The notes under the pieces were generated by a model. It had not been told where the DNA came from and did not search any database. It saw only the letters and a program-made list of their open reading frames with translations. Positions 58,044 through 64,000 of a stretch of 64,000 bases of DNA are shown here, piece by piece. The DNA comes from Burkholderiales bacterium (lineage in GTDB: Bacteria > Pseudomonadota > Gammaproteobacteria > Burkholderiales > Burkholderiaceae_C), in the NCBI GenBank assembly GCA_026932235.1, contig JAIXKR010000162.1, positions 115,356-179,355 on the forward strand, given 5' to 3'. Each line of letters opens with the position of its first letter. Position 1 is the stretch's first letter. The translations under genes were made by a program, and so were the position numbers.

Positions 58044-59180
58044 ATGCTCCCGCGCCCAATCTTCTCCGAGGAACACGAGTTGTTTCGCGACCAGGTGCGC
58101 CGCTTCCTGACCGAGGAAGTGGTGCCGCACCATGCCGGCTGGGAGACCGAGGGCATCGTTCCGCGCGCCGTCTGGCGCAAGGCCGGTGCCGCCGGGCTGC
58201 TCTGCCTGGCGATTCCCGAGGCCTATGGCGGCGGTGGCGGCACACGGCTGCACAGCGCGGTGCTGATCGAAGAGGTGATGCGCGTCGGCGCCAGCGGCCT
58301 CGGATTCGGGCTGCACTCGGACATCGTGGCCCCCTACATCCTCGCCTATGGCAGCGAAGCGCAGAAGCGCGAATGGCTGCCGAAGATGGCCAGCGGCGAG
58401 GTCATCGGCGCCATCGCCATGACCGAACCCGGCGCCGGCAGCGACCTGCAGGCCGTGCGCACGACGGCGCTGCGCGACGGCGACGAGCTCGTGCTCAATG
58501 GCCAGAAGACCTTCATCACCAACGGCCAGAACGCGGACCTGGTGATCGTGGTCGCCAAGACCGACCCGTCCAAGGGCGCGAAGGGCACCTCGCTGGTCCT
58601 GGTCGAGACCAGCCGCCCCGGCTTCAAGCGCGGGCGCAATCTCGACAAGATCGGCATGAAGGCGCAGGACACCTCGGAACTGTTCTTCGACGACCTGCGG
58701 CTGCCGGCGCGCAACATCTTGGGCGGCGAGGGCAAGGGCTTCTTCCTGCTGATGCAGGAACTGGCCTGGGAACGCATGCAGATCGCGATCGGCGCGGTGG
58801 CCGGTGCCGAAGCGGCATTGCAGTGGACGCTGGACTACACCAAGGAGCGCAAGGCCTTCGGCGAGCGCGTCATCGACTTCCAGCACAACCGCTTCCGGCT
58901 GGCGGAATGGAAGACGCAGGTGCAGGTGGCGCGCGTCTTCGTCGACCGCCTGATCGACAGCCTGATGAAGAACGAGCTCGACGCCGCCACCGCCGCGATG
59001 GCCAAGTACTGGACCACCGACCTGCACTGTCGCCTGCTCGACGACTGCCTGCAGATGTTCGGCGGGTTCGGCTACATGTGGGAGTACCCGATCGCGCGCG
59101 CCTACGCGGACGCCCGCGTCTCGCGCATCTACGGCGGCACCAACGAGATCATGAAAGAGATCATCGGCCGCACGCTGTGA
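58044..59180 (+). CDS. Acyl-CoA dehydrogenase (long-chain type)
   Basis: [20 protein letters not shown] and [11 protein letters not shown]. Confidence 0.93.
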   Translation: MLPRPIFSEEHELFRDQVRRFLTEEVVPHHAGWETEGIVPRAVWRKAGAAGLLCLAIPEAYGGGGGTRLHSAVLIEEVMRVGASGLGFGLHSDIVAPYILAYGSEAQKREWLPKMASGEVIGAIAMTEPGAGSDLQAVRTTALRDGDELVLNGQKTFITNGQNADLVIVVAKTDPSKGAKGTSLVLVETSRPGFKRGRNLDKIGMKAQDTSELFFDDLRLPARNILGGEGKGFFLLMQELAWERMQIAIGAVAGAEAALQWTLDYTKERKAFGERVIDFQHNRFRLAEWKTQVQVARVFVDRLIDSLMKNELDAATAAMAKYWTTDLHCRLLDDCLQMFGGFGYMWEYPIARAYADARVSRIYGGTNEIMKEIIGRTL

Positions 59181-59250
59181 CAACAGTGCCCCTGCCGCTA
59201 CTCCATTTCACTTCGCTTCCAACCCCCACCGTTTTCTCAAGGACAGCACC

Positions 59251-60459
59251 GTGACCGCAGCCTTCATTTACGACGCCGTACGCACGCCGCGCGGCAAGGG
59301 CCGCGCGTCCGGCGCGCTGCACGGCATCACGCCCATCCAGTTGGCGGTGACGGCGCTGCAGGCGCTGCGCGACCGCAATCAGATCGACACCGTGCAGGTC
59401 GACGACGTGACCCTGGGCTGCGTCGAGCCCGTGGGCGAACAAGGCGCCAACATCGCGCGCGTGGCCGTGCTCACCGCCGGTTACGCGCAAACGACGGCCG
59501 GCGTGCAGATCAACCGCTACTGCGCCTCGGGTCTGGAGGCCTGCAACATCGCCGCGGCCAAGGTCATGTCGGGGCAGTCGCCGCTGACAATCGGGGGCGG
59601 CGTGGAAAGCATGAGCCGCGTGCCGATGGGCACCGGCGGCGGTGCCTGGCCGGCCGACCCGGCCGTGGCCCTGCCCACCTACTTCGTGCCCCAGGGTATC
59701 TCGGCCGATCTGATCGCCACGCTCTACGGCTACAGCCGCGAGGACGTCGACCGCTACGCGATCGAAAGCCAGCGCCGCGCCGGCGTGGCCTGGTCCGAAG
59801 GCCGCTTCGCACGCTCGGTGGTGCCGGTGCGCGACGTGAACGGCCTGCCGGTGCTGGAGCGCGACGAGCACCTGCGGCCCGACACCACGGCCGCGTCGCT
59901 GGCCAAGCTCGAACCCTCGTTCAAGTTGCAGGGCGAGCGCCTCGGCTTCGACGCCGTGGCGCTGCAGCGCTACCCGGAGCTGGAGCGCATCGAGCACGTT
60001 CACCATGCCGGCAATTCGTCGGGCATCGTCGACGGCGCCGCCGCGGTGCTGATCGGCAATGCCGAGATCGGCAGGCAGCTGGGCCTGAAGCCGCGCGCCC
60101 GCATCCGCTCGTTCGCGGCCGTCGGCAGCGAGCCGACGATCATGCTCACCGGCCCTTCTTACGCGGCCGAGAAGGCGCTGGCCATCGCCGGCATGAAGGC
60201 CTCGGACATCGACCTGTACGAGCTGAACGAGGCCTTCGCCTCGGTGGTGCTGCGCTTCATGGAGGTGATGAACGTGCCGCACGAGCGCATGAACGTCAAC
60301 GGCGGCGCGATCGCGATGGGCCATCCGCTGGGCGCCACCGGCGCCATGATCCTGGGCACGCTGCTCGACGAGCTGGAACGCCGCAACCTGGCCACCGGCC
60401 TGGCCACGCTGTGCGTGGGCGCCGGCATGGGCATCGCCACCATCATCGAACGCGTCTGA
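59251..60459 (+). CDS. Acetyl-CoA acyltransferase (thiolase)
   Basis: [19 protein letters not shown] and CVGAG. Confidence 0.95.
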   Translation: MTAAFIYDAVRTPRGKGRASGALHGITPIQLAVTALQALRDRNQIDTVQVDDVTLGCVEPVGEQGANIARVAVLTAGYAQTTAGVQINRYCASGLEACNIAAAKVMSGQSPLTIGGGVESMSRVPMGTGGGAWPADPAVALPTYFVPQGISADLIATLYGYSREDVDRYAIESQRRAGVAWSEGRFARSVVPVRDVNGLPVLERDEHLRPDTTAASLAKLEPSFKLQGERLGFDAVALQRYPELERIEHVHHAGNSSGIVDGAAAVLIGNAEIGRQLGLKPRARIRSFAAVGSEPTIMLTGPSYAAEKALAIAGMKASDIDLYELNEAFASVVLRFMEVMNVPHERMNVNGGAIAMGHPLGATGAMILGTLLDELERRNLATGLATLCVGAGMGIATIIERV

Positions 60460-60481
60460 ACGCGCCCCAAGGACCAACCCC

Positions 60482-62614
60482 ATGACGATCGACTACACGA
60501 CCGGCGCCGACGGCATCGCCACGCTGACCTGGAACATGGCCGATGCGCCGATGAACGTGCTCAACGAGCGTTCGATGGCGACCTTCGGCGAAGCGGTCCG
60601 CAAGGCCGTGGCCGACCCGCTGGTCAAGGGCGTGATCATCACCTCGGCACGGCCCGAGTTCATCGCCGGCGCCGACCTGAACATGATGCTGGCCATCGAA
60701 GATGCGCCCGGCATGTTGCGCTTCGTGAGCGAGCTGCACGCGCTGATGCGCGGCATCGAGACCGGCGGCAAGCCGTTCGTCGCCGCGATCAACGGCACCG
60801 CCCTGGGCGGCGGCTACGAGGTGGCGCTGGCTTGCCACCGCCGCATCGCCGCCGACAACCCGAAGGCGCTGATCGGCCTGCCGGAAGTCGGCATCGGCCT
60901 GCTGCCGGGCGGCGGCGGCACGCAGCGCCTGCCGCGCATGATCGGCGTGCGCAACGCCCTGCCCTTCCTGCTGGAAGGGAAGAAGGTCACGCCCGCCAAG
61001 GCCCTGGCCGCCGGCCTGGTCGACGAGGTGGTGCCCGCCGGCGAGCTGCTGGCGCGTGCCCGCGAGTGGCTGCTGAAGGACGGCGCGGCCAACGCCGTGC
61101 AACCCTGGGACCGCAGGGGCTTCAAGCTGCCCGGCGGGCCGGTGCAGAGCCCGGCCGGCTACGAGACCTTCACCGCCGGCAACGCGATGTTGCGCGAGAA
61201 GACCTTCGGCAACTACCCGGCGCCGGCGGCCATCATGAGCTGCGTCTACAACGGCTGCCAGGTCGACATCGAGACCGGCTGCAAGGTCGAGATGCGCGAG
61301 TTCGTGAAGCTCGCGGTCGGGGCCGAAGCGAAGAACATGATCCGCTCGCTGTTCTTCGGCATCACCGCCGCCAACAAGCTGTCGGCGCGGCCGCAAGGCG
61401 TGGCCACCGCCGCCTACCGCAAGGTGGGCATCCTGGGCGCAGGCATGATGGGCGCCGGCATCGCCTGCGCGGCGGCCGAAGCCGGGCTGGATGTGGTGCT
61501 GCTCGACACCAGCGCCGAGCTGGCCGCGCGTGGCAAGGCCTACGCCGATGCGCGCTGGGCCAAGCAGGTGCAGCAGGGGCGCATGAGCGAGGCCGATCGG
61601 GCCAAGCTCGCGGCGCGCATCCGCCCGACCAGCGACTTTGCAGCGCTCGACGGCTGCGACATCGTGGTCGAGGCGGTGTTCGAAGACCGCGCGCTGAAGG
61701 CCGAGGTCACGCGCAAGGCCGAGGCCATGCTGGCGCCCACCGCGGTGTTCGCCAGCAACACCAGCACGCTGCCGATCACCGGCCTGGCGCAAGCCTCGGT
61801 GCGGCCGGCCAACTTCATCGGCCTGCACTTCTTCTCGCCGGCCGAGAAGATGCCGCTGGTCGAGATCATCCGCGGCCAAGCGACCAGCGACGACTGCCTG
61901 GCGCGCGCGATGGACTTCGTGAAGGCGCTGCGCAAGACGCCCATCGTCGTCAACGACAGCCGCGGCTTCTACACCAGCCGCGTGTTCTCCACCTACGTCG
62001 GCGAGGGCCTGACCCTGCTCGCCGAAGGCGTGAAGCCGGCGCTGATCGAAAACGCCGGGCGCATGGCCGGCATGCCGGTGGGCCCGCTGGCGCTCGCCGA
62101 CGAGGTGTCGCTGGAGCTGATGGCGCGCATCCGCCGGCAGACCGCCGCCGATCTGGGTGCAGCCTATGTGCGCAGCGCCATCGACGAGGTCTGCGACCGC
62201 ATGGTCGACCAGCTCGGCCGGCTCGGCAAGAAGGCCGGCCAGGGCTTCTACGACTATCCGCAGGGCGGCGCCAAGCGCCTGTGGCCGGGGCTGGCCGAGA
62301 TCTGGCCGCCCGCCGCGCAGCAGCCCGACGTGGCCGAGGCCAAGCGCCGGCTGATGTTCATCCAGTCGATCGAGACCGTGCGCTGCATGGAAGAAGGCGT
62401 GCTCACGGCCGCGATCGACGCTGATGTCGGTGCGATTCTCGGCTGGGGCTTCCCGCCGTTCCTGGGCGGACCGATTGGCCAGATCCACAGTCGCGGCATC
62501 GCCGCCTTCGTCGGCGACTGCGAGGAACTGGCGCGGCGGCACGGCCCACGCTTCGCGCCGCCCGAGCTGCTGCGCAAGATGGCACGCGAGAACGAGGTCT
62601 TCTACCAGCGCTGA
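60482..62614 (+). CDS. Enoyl-CoA hydratase / 3-hydroxyacyl-CoA dehydrogenase (FadB/FadJ-like)
   Basis: GGGYE, LPEV, GAGMMG, ASNTS and GLHFFSP. Confidence 0.95.
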   Translation: MTIDYTTGADGIATLTWNMADAPMNVLNERSMATFGEAVRKAVADPLVKGVIITSARPEFIAGADLNMMLAIEDAPGMLRFVSELHALMRGIETGGKPFVAAINGTALGGGYEVALACHRRIAADNPKALIGLPEVGIGLLPGGGGTQRLPRMIGVRNALPFLLEGKKVTPAKALAAGLVDEVVPAGELLARAREWLLKDGAANAVQPWDRRGFKLPGGPVQSPAGYETFTAGNAMLREKTFGNYPAPAAIMSCVYNGCQVDIETGCKVEMREFVKLAVGAEAKNMIRSLFFGITAANKLSARPQGVATAAYRKVGILGAGMMGAGIACAAAEAGLDVVLLDTSAELAARGKAYADARWAKQVQQGRMSEADRAKLAARIRPTSDFAALDGCDIVVEAVFEDRALKAEVTRKAEAMLAPTAVFASNTSTLPITGLAQASVRPANFIGLHFFSPAEKMPLVEIIRGQATSDDCLARAMDFVKALRKTPIVVNDSRGFYTSRVFSTYVGEGLTLLAEGVKPALIENAGRMAGMPVGPLALADEVSLELMARIRRQTAADLGAAYVRSAIDEVCDRMVDQLGRLGKKAGQGFYDYPQGGAKRLWPGLAEIWPPAAQQPDVAEAKRRLMFIQSIETVRCMEEGVLTAAIDADVGAILGWGFPPFLGGPIGQIHSRGIAAFVGDCEELARRHGPRFAPPELLRKMARENEVFYQR

Positions 62615-62729
62615 ACGCCGGCGTGCCCGCTGGGCCGGTTCAATCGAGCCTGCGCTTGCAGTGCGTGCGGCGCTTGCAGCGCTTGCGGCGCGTCACGGCA
62701 CGCGAGCTCTTCTTCCAGGAAGCGACCGA

Positions 62730-62880
62730 CAGGCCGAGCCGGCACTTGCGGATGTTCTCGTGGGCCCGCGATTCTGCGGTGGCGCCGCGCTGGACGACGC
62801 GGCCGCTTTCGATGGCGCAGGCTACCTCGGCGACCTCCGGCGCGGCGCGCGCGCTCTGCTCGACCAGCAGTCGTCGCCAT
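62730..62880 (-). pseudogene. Decayed C-terminal fragment of a LivF-type ABC ATPase
   Basis: LLVEQSARAAPEVAEVACAIESGRVVQRG...ENIRKCRLGL resembles the LivF tail; no Walker motifs. Confidence 0.55.
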
Positions 62881-62929
62881 AACGGACTGCCAGTGACGTC
62901 GGCGCCACTTTCCTGTACCATTGCTCTTT

Positions 62930-62943
62930 CTAACGGTCGTTAG
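62930..62943. promoter_or_regulatory. Candidate TetR operator CTAAC-N4-GTTAG
   Basis: CTAACGGTCGTTAG upstream of the carboxyltransferase. Confidence 0.7.
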
Positions 62944-63044
62944 GTCAACGGTTGTCTGGTCGGTCAAGGGGCTGGGGTCCGCTCACGCGAACCCCAGCCT
63001 GCGTTTCGGCCCTTCCATCCGCATCGAACGAATCATCGCCACCC

Positions 63045-64000
63045 ATGCCCGTCCTGCAGTCCCAGATCGACTCCGGCTCCGAACCGTTTGCGCGCCACCG
63101 GGCGCAGATGCTCGCCCTGATCGAATCTTTCCGCGGCTTCGAGGGCCGCGTGCGCGATACATCCAACGCGATGGAGTCCAGGTTCCGCGCCCGCAAGCAG
63201 TTGCTGCCGCGCGAGCGCGTCGCGCGCCTGCTCGACCGGGGCTCGCCCTGGCTGGAGTTGTCCACGTTGGCCGGCTTTCGAATGCACGACGACGACGGTG
63301 AGAAGAACGTGCTGGGCGGCGGCATCGTCACCGGCATCGGCCTTGTCTCGGGCGTGCGCTGCATGATCGTCGCGTCCGACAGCGCCATCAAGGGCGGCAC
63401 GATCACGCCGATGGGCATGAGGAAGAGCCTGCGCGCCGAAGCCATCGCGCTCGAGAACAAGCTGCCGGTGGTGCGGCTGGTCGAATCCGGCGGCGCCAAC
63501 CTGATGCATGTGGGCGAGGTCTTCATCGAGGGCGGCCGGGGCTTCGCCAACCAGGCGCGGCTGTCCGCAGCCGGCATTCCGCAGGTGACGGTGATGCATG
63601 GCCACTCCACCGCGGGCGGCGCCTACCTGCCGGGCATGTCGGACTACGTGATCATGGTGCGCGGCCGCGCCAAGGCCTTCCTCGCCGGCCCGCCGCTGCT
63701 GAAGGCGGCCACCGGCGAGATCGCAACGGACGAGGAACTGGGCGGCGCCGAGATGCATACCCGCGTCTCGGGCGTCGCCGAGTATTTGGCCGAGGACGAC
63801 GCCGACGGCATCCGCATCGCGCGCGACGTGCTGGCCCGCCTGCCCTGGAACCACAACACGCCGGCCGTGCCGCTGCGTGCCTGGAAGCCGCCGCGCTACG
63901 CGGCCGACGACATCGCCGGCCTCGTGCCGCCCGACTACCGCCAGCCCTACGACGTGCGCGAACTGCTGGCGCGGCTCATCGACGACTCGGACTTCCTCGA
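63045..64000 (+). CDS. Acyl-CoA carboxylase carboxyltransferase subunit (geranyl-CoA carboxylase AtuC-like); runs off the window end
   Basis: MPVLQSQID...QLLPRER...KGGTI...ESGGANL...STAGGAY...FLAGPPLLKAATGE; absent from the ORF track because no stop lies in the window. Confidence 0.9.
   Translation, partial: MPVLQSQIDSGSEPFARHRAQMLALIESFRGFEGRVRDTSNAMESRFRARKQLLPRERVARLLDRGSPWLELSTLAGFRMHDDDGEKNVLGGGIVTGIGLVSGVRCMIVASDSAIKGGTITPMGMRKSLRAEAIALENKLPVVRLVESGGANLMHVGEVFIEGGRGFANQARLSAAGIPQVTVMHGHSTAGGAYLPGMSDYVIMVRGRAKAFLAGPPLLKAATGEIATDEELGGAEMHTRVSGVAEYLAEDDADGIRIARDVLARLPWNHNTPAVPLRAWKPPRYAADDIAGLVPPDYRQPYDVRELLARLIDDSDFL

Overview
GC-rich DNA, most likely betaproteobacterial (Burkholderiales-like). 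Positions ~1-46,600 are a mosaic of mobile DNA. It opens with an AbiE-type toxin-antitoxin pair and a P4-like integrase with arm-type repeats. An integrative-element backbone follows: a PRTRC-D/ParM actin with partner, a split Cas4-like nuclease pair, a second tyrosine recombinase preceded by a ~550-nt densely structured non-coding region, a long ParB, a DarB-like methylase-helicase, RadC and several small genes sharing a radC-motif-like RNA leader. Cargo includes an MbtG-like monooxygenase, a small membrane protein plus HExxH peptidase pair, and a poly-gamma-glutamate hydrolase. A DUF1173/Gp3-like/SbcD/SbcC operon has its SbcC-like gene split by a 12.0-kb three-recombinase (GInt-like) element (28423-40430). 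That element carries a mer operon, a CueR-type promoter and an intact replacement SbcC-like gene whose target-site codons look recoded. An IS1634 element (5-bp TSD) separates this from a metabolic region (46,700-64,000): panBCD, bioB, an itaconate/citramalate-type CoA cluster, etfAB, an AtuR-like TetR with three candidate operators, beta-oxidation genes and an AtuC-like carboxyltransferase. All calls come from reading motifs by eye; no database searches were run.
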